63,911 nt of DNA, filler included, from Octopus bimaculoides (GCF_001194135.2; 7 parts of 6 records of this genome joined end to end with filler, not necessarily neighbours in it), one strand, 5' to 3'; shown: positions 51,640 through 62,890, counted from the whole stretch's first letter. Notes: generated from the sequence alone by a model not told the origin. Translations and numbers: made by a program.

Positions 51640-52410
51640 CAGCCCATCTAACATTGATCCCTCACAGGTGGGAATGTGTGTGTGTGTTGATAACACCTAG
51701 AAGATGCTTCTTTTCCATTCTCCAAAGTGAACGAAGCTTTGACCAGGAGAAACAGATGCCATCGGACGTATCCAAGAGTCATCAAGTGTTTTGACCCTGA
51801 ACCATAACACCCTTCCATTGGTGGATAAGTAGAAGTGGCCAAATCACTGCTCATCATCTCTTCCTGGCTTCCAGCTTAACTCCTCTCTCTCTTGCTTTAT
51901 AACCAGCAAGAGGCTCTTTCTGTTGCCTCTCCCAGTCTGTGCACAGACACCCTTTGCTCTTTTCCTCTCATTCCAGTGGCCATAAGCATCCTCCACACCA
52001 ATAGGGCAGGGAATCCCCTACAGCCAATCTCAACTTAGAAAAGCCATGACTGCCATCCCTTCTTCCTGTAATCCTGCAGAAGGCTCTCATACTTGGCATG
52101 CTTCAATTCGAAGGCTTGGTCACACCCTTCTTCCCAGGATTATTTTCTTAGTCTTTCCAGGCCATAGAACTACATCTGGCCTCAGGGTTGTATGCATGAC
52201 CTGAGGAAAGTCCAGTCTCTCATTCAGATCCACTTTCATATCTCATGGTTGGGATTCATATAGTAAGCTTTGTGTCTTTTTTGCTGTCTTCACTGGCTTT
52301 TCTCCTTTCATGAACTTAATTGCTTCTGTTGATTTCCCCTGATGATGATGTTTCTTGAACCTTTCCTCTTCTAGGGAGTGAGTGTGTTGCAAGCACCTTG
52401 TCATGGCAAT
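51640..52410 (-). mobile_element. 3' fragment of a Hero/R2-like non-LTR retrotransposon (restriction-like endonuclease domain)
   Basis: Manual translation: MKVDLNERLDFPQVMHTTLRPDVVLW..KTKKII/WEEGCDQAFELKHAKYESLLQDYRKKGWQSWLF*VEIGCRGFP...EATERASCWL*. This is the RPD...ELTVPWEE...KY...GCRG pattern with ELTVP deleted. Confidence 0.8.
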
Positions 52411-52688
52411 ATATGTATAATTGGTGTATCTAAGTGCATATGGTGTGTTTATATATGTCTATATACATATGTTCAAAGACGTCTGCACTTAGTTGTATTT
52501 GTAATTTTAAAAAACTGTCCAGTAAACAACCATGATTGTTTCTAAAGATTCATCACCACTTTATCATCATTATAATTATCTTCTATCTGGCTTATACAGG
52601 ATCCTCACACCATACATATATTGTATAATTTTATTATTCATATATACAGATGAGGATAAGATTTCATCTATTTCTTTTCTTTTTGTAG

Positions 52689-52880
52689 TGATACACATCT
52701 AAATGAAGACCAATTATTTGCTGTAAAGCATATTCCTTGCAAATGTACAGACGCTAGGCCTCCATTTGTTATAATTGGTTCTTTTGGCACAGGTAAAACC
52801 GAAACATTATTTTCTTCAATCACGAAAATTGTGGAAAATAATTCTACTGCAAAAATCCTTATCTGTACACATACAAACGG
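52689..52880 (+). CDS. HELZ/HELZ2-like UPF1-family SF1 RNA helicase exon: Q motif, Walker A (IIGSFGTGKT), start of motif Ia (ILICTHTN)
   Basis: Acceptor tttcttttctttttgtag, donor gtaaga. The 192-nt open exon reads DTHLNEDQLFAVKHIPCKCTDARPPFVIIGSFGTGKTETLFSSITKIVENNSTAKILICTHTN(G). The ORF track misses it because it has no Met. Confidence 0.9.
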
Positions 52881-53718
52881 GTAAGATTTTTTACTCACTG
52901 TTAACTTCAAATTTATGTTTGTTACTTATCTTTATGTATTTTTCATAAGCAAGTCTTCTGTTTCGTGTGATTTCATTGTATGAATCAACAACCATATAGT
53001 TATATGTAACTTCATTCAAAAATTTTTCAGGGATTTCAACACCAAATTACTGGAAAACACATTAATATATTTTAAATGAATTTTCTCATCTATATAAGTA
53101 GGCAAGAGCCCAAAATGAGAAAATATAATATGAGAAACCACCAGCTAGGTTGGGCTAGAGCTCTCCCATCATCTTCTACGCATTCACAATAACTGTCAAC
53201 TGCGTGACTGAGCAGGGCTTTTCCAGCATTATGTATTGCTAGTCATTTCAGTCCTTTGCTACTTCCACTGTGAAGCTCAGATTCTTGAAATCAGTCCTCA
53301 CTACTTCACCATATGTTCTTCTGTTGTGTTACTATCACTCAGCTGATAGTTGATCCAAGAAATTTTAACTAGCAGCTGAAAATTCATTTAAAATATATTA
53401 ATGTTTCTCATATTATATTTTCTATTTAAATTATATAATTTTAATTATCATGTCATTTTCAGAAATGTTTAACTTGTCCTCATACTTAATTGTATGTAGC
53501 CTGTCACCAACTCTCCTTCATCTTTATATTACTTGTTTGTCCTACCTGTACATCTTTGTGCCTTGTTTAACATATTTTATTGTATCTTTAAGTAGTTGTG
53601 TCTAATAAAGAATATGTTTATCATCATCATCATCATCATACAAATTAAATATTGTCTATTAGAATAAATTTTCTTTCTCAAACTTCATCCATTTCCTTTG
53701 TTTTTCTTATTGTAACAG

Positions 53719-54094
53719 TGCTGCTGATATGTTTATCATCAAACAACTACATAAATTCCTATCCAGAAACAAAAAAACACTCTACCTGAAACGTTTATAT
53801 CATGACAAAAGGAGATGGGAAACTATTGACCCAGTGGTACAAAAATATGTTATTTTCCCATCAAAAAATCAATTAAAATCTGACATGGTTGACCCTCAGT
53901 CTATGCAGATATTAGTAACCACTATGGAAATGTGTCATTGTTTGATGACAATGGAAATTCAAGGTTGTTTCAGTCATATTTTTGTTGATGAAGCTGCACA
54001 AGTTTTTGAGAGTATGGTTCTGATACCACTGAGTTTAGCTTCTGAGAAGACATGTGTAGTGCTATGTGGAGATCCTAATCAACTAGGACCAGAG
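53719..54094 (+). CDS. HELZ/HELZ2-like helicase exon: AAD of motif Ia, Walker B (HIFVDEAAQ), motif III (VVLCGDPNQLGP)
   Basis: Acceptor ttattgtaacag, donor gtaaat. The 376-nt exon continues exon 52689 in frame (GG|T). It overlaps ORF 53729..54127. Confidence 0.92.
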
Positions 54095-56257
54095 GTAAAT
54101 TTCAATTACTATTTTATTTTGACTTGAGTTACATTCTTCTCCCATATTAGTTATTATTTAAATGCATTTTTGCATAAATGAATATTATAGCCACCAATAT
54201 CTAAAAGAAATTGTGTGTTGCTAAGTACTTATCATGTAAGCATATTTCTAATCCTGTATTTCTCATTCATGTATCATGTTTTCTATATATATCAGGATTG
54301 TATTTTCTAGAAGCATTTTTTCCAGGAATGTAAGATAATGGTATTATTTATAGCTAGTATCACTTTATTTTATGACAAAAATTAAATGAAATCTTTCCTT
54401 GAAAACAAAATTCAGTTTTTTGCAAGTTTGTATTATATGCAATCTAAATGAGACATCATTTAGTTGACATTATCAACTGCCATTACCCCAATATGAAATT
54501 AATTGTACTGCTATGTACTATATTTGAAAACAATTTTTTTTATTGCTTCATCAAGAAATAAGGGCTGTGCTCATGACACATTACAGGACTGCCAATACTG
54601 GTGGGAAAGATAGAGGAAATTATCCTCAAACTAGAGATCTGGCCCATCTGGAGAACTTCCTTTCTGGCCCAATTTGAAGTGAACTTCCTCTCTGGCTTGG
54701 TTTGAGGAGAATTTCCTTTTGTTTTACATTAGGGTGAACTTTGCTAAATGTACACAATTTTCTTGGTGATGGTGTTGAACTAGGTGAAGGATTAAGTCTA
54801 CCATATATGAAGGCCAAAGTGAGATTTGAACTTAAAATTCAAAGATCCAGGACAAATACTGCATGGTTTCATATGCCATATGCTCTAATACCTTGGTTCC
54901 TAAAGTTGGCAGTACCCCCCACACCCTGAGGACAGTGGAAAGATCCATGGAGGTGTTGAAGAAAATAAGGGCAATGGATGGCAGTGTCCTCTTCTATTTT
55001 TCAACGGTACACTCAGGTTTAGAAAGTAGTGCTTAAAAATCAATCTGCAAAATGTTGTTTTAAGAAAACTAACTTTAAGCAAGAACACAACCTAAATAAA
55101 CCCAAAAGTTTACCAGTGAAGCTGGTCCTAAAATTCCCAAGAGAATTCTCTAAAAAGACAAACACACACACACACATAAATGCATACACATAAACATGTA
55201 TATATATGAATATCTGAATACATATACCTGTGTGTTTGTGTACATACAAATATATGTGGCTATATATATATATATATTTATTTATTTATTTATATATACA
55301 CTAGCAGAAAGACCGCCCACCAGGCAGTTTTCTGCTAGCCTCATGATAATATTTTCACATTATTTCTTTGTATAATAGTGCTCACTTGCTTAGTAAATAT
55401 TGCTTTCATTATTTTATCACAGTCATAATCTTTCTTTTTTTAAACAAACATCACAGTAGTCCAACAACAGAGGAAGAAGCAGTTTGTCAATTTTACATTC
55501 CCCTCAAAGCAACATAGAGATTTCAATTCAGCAGCCTATCTGTAAGCTTTGGAGTATGTGTGTGAGAGAGAACATTGCTAACAATGAATGAAATAAACAT
55601 GAAATTTTTAAAAAACGTTTAAATAAAAGGGCATTACTACAGATGTATATGCCCCTGACTTTGTTATCTCATAGCATCCAAAAAAAAATGGATACTTTTT
55701 AACAAAATTTTCTACAAATACTGCTTAGATGTTGTGGCTTCAGAGTATATAGGGATTTATGGGAAAGAATTTTTCTGAGTGGGTGGAGAGAGAAGTTTCA
55801 CAAAATTTTAATGAAAATTTATTAAAATCCCTTTCAAACAGCATAGATTATGATTATAAAGAAACTTGTGGGGAAAATTTTTTCAGGGATTTCCCCCATT
55901 TTTTTAAGCCACAGCCTTCAACATGATGGGGTTGGTGGTGGTGGAATCTTTGTATGGAAAAAGTTTTGGAAACTCTTTTTTTTTTAAACCCCTCCCACCA
56001 TCATCACACTCCAAACCTATTTTGGCCAATGTTTTTTATTGCNNNNNNNNNNNNNNNNNNNNNNNNNNNNNNNNNNNNNNNNNNNNTTAATTAATTAANN
56101 NNNNNNNNNNNNNNNNNNNNNNNNNNNNNNNNNNNNNNNNNNGATTTATATGTCAGTTAATATTGAAAAGCAGTGTGTTGCCAAATATGTAAAGAATATC
56201 CTACAAATGCTATTCAACTTAATGAATCAGCGATCCATTATTTGGAAATTTCAAGGC

Positions 56258-56460
56258 GGTGAGCTGACGGAATCGTTAGCAAGCCGTGGAAAACGCTTAG
56301 CGGCATTTCGTCTGCTTTTACGTTTTGAGTTCAAATTCCGCTGACGTCGGCTTTGCTTTCGTCTTTTCGGGGTCAATAAAATAAGTACCGAAGTCGATGT
56401 AATCGACTTGTTCCCCCATCCCACCAAATTGCTGGTCTTGTGCCAAAATGTGGAACCATT
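56258..56460 (+). mobile_element. SINE family 2, full length
   Basis: aaggcggtgagctgacggaatcgttag...gagttcaaattccgc...ttttcggggtcaataaaataagtacc. Confidence 0.8.
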
Positions 56461-56544
56461 ATTTTTGAAGACAGATTTGTGTTGCGTCTATCAGAGTTTT
56501 TTGGCCACGTTGGAATAATCACACGAGCTAAGTTCGAATCATAG

Positions 56545-56950
56545 AGGCGTAGGCGTGATGGTGTAGCAAAATCTCAGCTACCCAATCACTTGGTTAGGGG
56601 TTCAGTTTCCCCAGCGTGTCACCTAGGGAAAGCGTCTTCTATTATAACCACAGATCGACCAACGCCTTGTAAGTGGATTTGGTAGACCGAATATATATTA
56701 CTGCTTAAACAGTGAGCATATTTTATGTGTGTGTGTATGTGTGTGTGTCTATATGTGTCTTTGTGTTTCGCTTGACGTTCGGTATTGGTTTGTTTACGTT
56801 CCCGTAACTCAGTAGTTTGGTAAAAGAGGGTACAATAGGATAAGTACCAGGTTTAAAAAAATGTACTGGGATCGATTTGTTCGACTGAACACTTCAAGGC
56901 GGTGCTCCAACATGGCCGCAGTCTAATGACTGAAATAAGTAAAAGAATAA
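56545..56950 (+). mobile_element. SINE family 1, full length, diverged
   Basis: Head ggcgtaggcgtgatggtg...ggggttcagtttccc and tail ggcggtgctccaacatggccgcagtctaatgactgaaa. Confidence 0.8.
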
Positions 56951-58292
56951 CGATATCAGATGATGTCTCGACTGAGAATTCGAAGAACTTTTTTATTGGA
57001 ATTTGTAATCTTTCGAGAATACAACAACAGGAAAACCAAGACTGAATATCAACTAAATGTTTTGTGCATAAGAGGCCTCAATCACCAATATAGTAACCCT
57101 TGTAGATGATTTGAAGACGGTCCTCGATCAACTGAGTCGATCTTTTTTATCCGATTTTTACTTGTGTCATGTATTGGATTGTGGCCAGATTGGAGCATCG
57201 CTTTGAAGGGTTTAGCCGAATAAAATCGCCCCCTGAACTTTTTTAAAGCATCTTTTGACCAGCTTCTATGTTGTGGAGACGTAAACAATCAGTAGTGTTA
57301 GTTTGGTATTCAGGTGTTTATTAGAATTGGTGTCCAGGTGTTCATTAGAATTCTTTTTTACTATAACACAAAACTCATCAGTCAGAAAAGCCTGGTGAGA
57401 GGTGGGGGAAAACAAAGTCATAAATATTCCCAACTACCAAAGTAGCATACGAATTAGAATATCCTGATGATGATAAACGAGAATCAAATCTATGCGAGGA
57501 ATCAGTCGAGAATAGAAGCTTTCAAGTTGAAGACAAAATCGGAATTGATATTCATATTTTTCAAAAACTGAAACTGAAGATTATGCATTACAATAAAAGT
57601 AAAACTGGCCATACACCAACATTTAATACTAGATTTAGATCGAATACTTGTCAATTTTATCTAAGAGCCTTAGTTTGACATGCTTCTGTCAATTTGTCTT
57701 ATCTATTTCTGTCTGTAGAAAGTGTGTTTGAAAAAGTATTGATTGAGAAGCTTAGGTCTGAATATGTGGTCTGTTATATTCCCCATGTTAGGTTTACAGG
57801 GTTTTAAAACGCAAGGCTCATCTGTGACTCGGAAGAACGACGCAAACATCATCCCGAAATGTTGCCCGTTGTTAAAATGTTTTAAAACAAGCAACGAATT
57901 CCAGGACCTCACACAGGAACATCTTGTAAGCTGGTAGAAAACATTGAACATTTATTTCCCTTTGCTGTTACTGCGTTAGAGACGCAGCTGATGAGGTCTG
58001 ACAAGGATTGAAGCGGAGGAAATGTTTCGTGGCCTAAAAAATGAAACAAGGCTTTTGTCATTGATCTCTGTCAGGAAACTGCAGCAGTTTCGTCAGTTTC
58101 AGCAGTCTAGTCAGTCTCAGGATTCTTGGGGTGTCTCTTTTCTACTCTGGGCACAAGGCCCGAAATTTNNNNNNNNNNNNNNNNNNNNNNNNNNNNNNNN
58201 NNNNNNNNNNNNTTAATTAATTAANNNNNNNNNNNNNNNNNNNNNNNNNNNNNNNNNNNNNNNNNNNNTATATATATATATAATATATTATA

Positions 58293-58325
<33 letters not shown>

Positions 58326-58328
58326 ATA

Positions 58329-59095
58329 TACGAGAGTAATCCCAAAAGCAAGGTCTCCAAAGCGCTGGGGACGCAGAGGAAATGTGCGTGCGGCTTTTGG
58401 CAACACTATTATGTTTGTTGTGCATGCGCCTGCGCGCGCTTCGCTGCCACACTCAGTCTTGGCTTGGCAGTCGTATCTGACGGAGCTCTTGATTGACGCT
58501 AACGCCAAGGGTGAAGTTCGCGCAGTTATTCGGTTTTTGAACGCAAAAGGCATGAAACTGATTGAAATTCATCGCCAATTAACGGAAGTGTATGGCGTAT
58601 TTTGTATGGATGTCAAAAACGTCCGAAAGTGGTGTAGGGAGTTTTCAGCTGGTCGCTCTGGAATTCATGACGAAGAAAGAAGTGGGTGACCATCAATTTC
58701 CGACGAGACAGTCGCAATGGTTGAGAAAATCCTGCGTGAAAATCGGTGGATCACTCTGGATGATCTCCGCATTTTGGTTCCTGAAATTCATAGGGTTTTG
58801 AGTGAAAGTTGCAATATCGGAAGGGTTGCGCACGATGGGTCCCACGAATGCTCACAGAAGACCATAAACGGCAACCCAACTTATAGTCCTGACTTGGCAC
58901 CCAGTGACTACCACCTTTTTCGCTAAGTTGAAAAAACATTTGGCCGGAACGCGCTTCAGCAACGACGACGAAGTGAACGACGAGGCTCAATGCTTCTTCA
59001 ACGACATGGCGGTGAGCTGGTATGACATGGGCGTACAAAAACTGCCCCAGCACCTACAAAGATGCATCGACCTAAATGGCGATTATATATAAAAA
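58329..59095 (+). mobile_element. Internally deleted mariner transposon
   Basis: TA followed by TIR-like cgagagtaatcccaaaag. Translation gives EVRAVIRFLNAKG...VRKWCREFSAGR...DEERSG, then jumps to YSPDLAPSDYHLF...RCIDLNGDYI, so the catalytic core is missing. Confidence 0.88.
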
Positions 59096-59386
59096 AAAAA
59101 AATAGATAGATGNNNNNNNNNNNNNNNNNNNNNNNNNNNNNNNNNNNNNNNNNNNNNNNNNNNNNNNNNNNNNNNNNNNNNNNNNNNNNNNNNNNNNNNN
59201 NNNNNNNNNNNNNNNNNNNNNNNNNNNNNNNNNNNNNNNNNNNNNNNNNNNNNNNNNNNNNNNNNNNNNNNNNNNNNNNNNNNNNNNNNNNNNNNNNNNN
59301 NNNNNNNNNNNNNNNNNNNNNNNNNNTATATATATATGCATGCATGCATGCATGTATGTATGTATGTATGTATGTATGTATGTATG

Positions 59387-60303
59387 TACAAGGGGGTACC
59401 CAAAAGAAACCGGAATTTTGCAATATTTATTCTTTTAGTTTTGCACATTTATACTTTTATCGCCTTCAAAATATCCTCCATTTGAAGCAATGCATCAGTC
59501 GAGGTGCGTTTTCCACTTTTTGAAACAGTGCTGGAACTCTTGCGAAATGATGCCTTTTTAGCTCCAGGAAACACCAGTCATATCAAGTTTGTCAATTGTT
59601 CGGTGACGGTCCTCCAAAATCATGTTTTTTTTTTCTTCACCTCTTCCACATCGGCAAATTTTTTAGCACCAGCTTTCGTAACCAGTGATTACGTTCGAAA
59701 AAAGGTCCGGATCAACTTCCATCTATTCTTTTAGTTCACGACACGCATTCAATCATGACTGCTTTTGATCTTCCGTGAGCAAGCGAGACATGAATTTTGC
59801 TGCAACTCTTTTCATTTGCAATTCCTTGCACAAAATTCGTTGGCAAGAGCTCCAGGATACACCAGTCATATCAACAAGTTCGTCAATTGTCCGGTGACGG
59901 TCCTCCAAAATCACTTAATGAATTTCATTCGTTCGGGAGGTTGACGGTCGTCCTGAACGAGATTGGTCTTCAAGTGACAAGTGACCATTCCTAAAGCGTG
60001 GAAACCACTCGTAAACTTGTGTAAGCTGTTTGAAGTACAACAACTGTTTCAGTCGCCGTTTTCTCCGACAGAAAACAGAATTTCACGGAAGCACGCTGCT
60101 CCTTCTTTTCAGCCATCGCAAAAATTGACGAACAGGGGAGAAGCACTGCAAAATAAAGACGCATCACGTAGTAGTATGATCTTACCCGACGAAGCTGGTT
60201 GGCAGACTGATGCCAGAGGGTTGGTTCAAGTGGTTTCTAGCGGTGGAAGACTAAACCACAACAGGTTTGTCCCACAGAGAACATTTCCGGTTATACCACG
60301 TAT
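59387..60303 (-). mobile_element. Internally deleted and rearranged mariner transposon
   Basis: Starts MAEKKEQRASVKFCFL at 60116, then QVYEWFPRFRNG...SGRPS, KRVAAKF..RLLTEDQK, VITGYESWC, and the C-terminus EFQHCFKKWKTHLD*CIASNGGYFEGDK. TIR-like ends aaaccggaa and ttccggtta sit in TA context. Confidence 0.85.
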
Positions 60304-60701
60304 ATATATACATATATATACATACATGGATGATAAAAGTTTCAACCGTATCTGAATTTTCAAGCAGTTCAGTTCTGTCTATGTACATACATGTATAATA
60401 TAATTATTCGATTGCTGGCATTTATCAATGGTTTTACCCATTGTTTTGATGCGTCATTTTCTATCATTGGTAAAACTGTTGTCATCTTTGACGACACGGG
60501 TGTGCTAGTAATATGGTATTTTATAAATAATAATATGCCCGCTCTATAAACCAATAAATGAGAGACTGTTTTTTTTTTTCTTGCCCATGAATTTTTTAAA
60601 ACAGTTGTATATATATAAATATGTGTGTGTGTGTGTGTGTGTGTGCATACACACATACACACATATATATGTATGTATATACACATACACATATCTATCT
60701 A

Positions 60702-60743
<42 letters not shown>

Positions 60744-61484
60744 NNNNNNNNNNNNNNNNNNNNNNNNNNNNNNNNNNNNNNNNNNNNTTAATTAATTAAN
60801 NNNNNNNNNNNNNNNNNNNNNNNNNNNNNNNNNNNNNNNNNNNTATATATATATATATATTGCATGCATTGTATGTATACACACAGAGGCACACGTATAT
60901 ATAGATCGATCGATAGATGGTTACTTAAATAGACTGACTGACTGACTGACAGATACAGAGAGAGAGAGAAAGAGGGGGAGATAGACAGACTGATAGAAGA
61001 TAGATAGATTGTTTGATAGGTAGGCGGGTAGGTGTATGTATATTGTATTTTAGATTACTGCCCGTTCATATCTATAGCTTTTCTCTTGAAAATCAACAAA
61101 CCCTCAAATGACACTAGCATCGAGATGAACAGAATTAAGTTGCTGTTTTTTTGACAACTGCTTTTCCAACTCATACAATACAGAAATTACGATGGATCGG
61201 AAATAACCGAATTAGTTTTAGTCATATTATACGCACTACAATTTTTGGATCTATTTTAAAACGGGGGCGCCAGTTTTCATTTATGTTTTATGTAGTGTTT
61301 TTGGTACGGAAAGACTTTCAAACTTCGTATACTTATCTATTTTGTGTTATAGAACACAAAAATATTTTTGTATTCGAATTTATTTCATGTAAAAAATTGT
61401 CTTATTTCGATAATTTCTACTAATCACTGACGTCTATTCTGTTGAAAACAGTTAGCGCTGTAACGGTGTATATCGTATTAATCC

Positions 61485-61552
61485 CCTAACCCTAACCCTA
61501 ACTAGACTGTTAACCGTAACCGTAACCCTAACCCTAAAACTAACCCTAACTC
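61485..61552 (+). repeat. Interstitial degenerate (CCCTAA)n telomere-like tract
   Basis: ccctaaccctaaccctaac...taaccgtaaccgtaaccctaaccctaaaactaaccctaac. Confidence 0.85.
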
Positions 61553-62265
61553 TAGAATCCGGACTCTAAAATTGTTACACACATAGATACGCACAGCGTN
61601 NNNNNNNNNNNNNNNNNNNNNNNNNNNNNNNNNNNNNNNNNNNNNNNNNNNNNNNNNNNNNNNNNNNNNNNNNNNNNNNNNNNNNNNNNNNNNNNNNNNN
61701 NNNNNNNNNNNNNNNNNNNNNNNNNNNNNNNNNNNNNNNNNNNNNNNNNNNNNNNNNNNNNNNNNNNNNNNNNNNNNNNNNNNNNNNNNNNNNNNNNNNN
61801 NNNNNNNNNNNNNNNNNNNNNNNNNNNNNNNNNNNNNNNNNNNNNNNNNNNNNNNNNNNNNNNNNNNNNNNNNNNNNNNNNNNNNNNNNNNNNNNNNNNN
61901 NNNNNNNNNNNNNNNNNNNNNNNNNNNNNNNNNNNNNNNNNNNNNNNNNNNNNNNNNNNNNNNNNNNNNNNNNNNNNNNNNNNNNNNNNNNNNNNNNNNN
62001 NNNNNNNNNNNNNNNNNNNNNNNNNNNNNNNNNNNNNNNNNNNNNNNNNNNNNNNNNNNNNNNNNNNNNNNNNNNNNNNNNNNNNNNNNNNNNNNNNNNN
62101 NNNNNNNNNNNNNNNNNNNNNNNNNNNNNNNNNNNNNNNNNNNNNNNNNNNNNNNNNNNNNNNNNNNNNNNNNNNNNNNNNNNNNNNNNNNNNNNNNNNN
62201 NNNNNNNNNNNNNNNNNNNNNNNNNNNNNNNNNNNNNNNNNNNNNNNNNNNNNNNNNNNNNNNNN

Positions 62266-62427
62266 GAAAGAGTACAACAGGGTTCGCCACCATCCCCTGC
62301 AGGAGCCTCGTGGAACTTTTAGGCGTTTGCGCTCAATAAACACTCACAACGCCCGGTGTGGGAATCGAAACCGCGATCCTATGACCGCTAGTCCGCTGCC
62401 CTAACCACTGGGTCATTGCGCCTCCAC
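62266..62427 (-). mobile_element. SINE family 3, 5' part
   Basis: Reverse complement of ggaggcgcaatgacccagtggttagggcagcggact...ggtttcgattcccac. Confidence 0.85.
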
Positions 62428-62604
62428 TATACGTACTACACATACAAAAAAAAACATACAGCACAAATAACTATCATTAGGCTATATAAAGATAACCGTT
62501 TAATTTTATCCCATAATGTAAACAAACAACTCATGGACAAATTTAGAAAAGGCTAATTAGCGCATTTATAATAATGATAAACGATCCTTTCTATTATAGG
62601 CATT

Positions 62605-62890
62605 GTGGAGGCGCAATGGCCCAGTGGTTAGGGCAGCGGACTCACGGTCATAGGATCGCGTTTTGAGTGTTTATTGAGCGAAAACACCTAAAAGCTCCAC
62701 GAGGCTCCAGCAGGGGATGGTGGCGAACCCTGCTGTACTCTTCCGCCACAACTTTCTCTCACTCTTACTTCCTGTTTCTGTTGTGCCTGTAATTCAAAGG
62801 GTCAGCCTTGTCACACTCTGTGTCACGCCGAATCTCCCCGAGAACTACGTTAAGGGTACACGTGTCTGTGGAGTACTCAGCCACACGCAC
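62605..62890 (+). mobile_element. SINE family 3 with the B box deleted
   Basis: gtggaggcgcaatggcccagtggttagggcagcggactcacggtcataggatcgcg joins directly to ttttgagtgtttattgagcg. About 20 nt including GTTTCGATTCC is missing relative to the 62266 copy. Confidence 0.85.

Noticed and set aside
18397-54094. Kinase and helicase as a linked functional cluster
   Set aside because: They are separated by three artificial scaffold joins and differ sharply in CpG content, so the linkage is unsupported.
51470-55340. Helitron capture of the helicase exons
   Set aside because: The two Helitron-like ends are not oriented to bracket the exons, and the exons have normal introns with intact reading frames.
57988-58050. 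CTGATGA as a further hammerhead core
   Set aside because: No convincing stem II closing onto GAAA and no stem I or III pairing.
61485-61552. True chromosome end
   Set aside because: The tract is short, degenerate and flanked by ordinary sequence on both sides.
62605-62680. tRNA-like sequences with A and B boxes (also at 3448, 38650 and 56258)
   Set aside because: They continue into shared SINE bodies and lack a complete cloverleaf with acceptor stem, so they are not tRNA genes.
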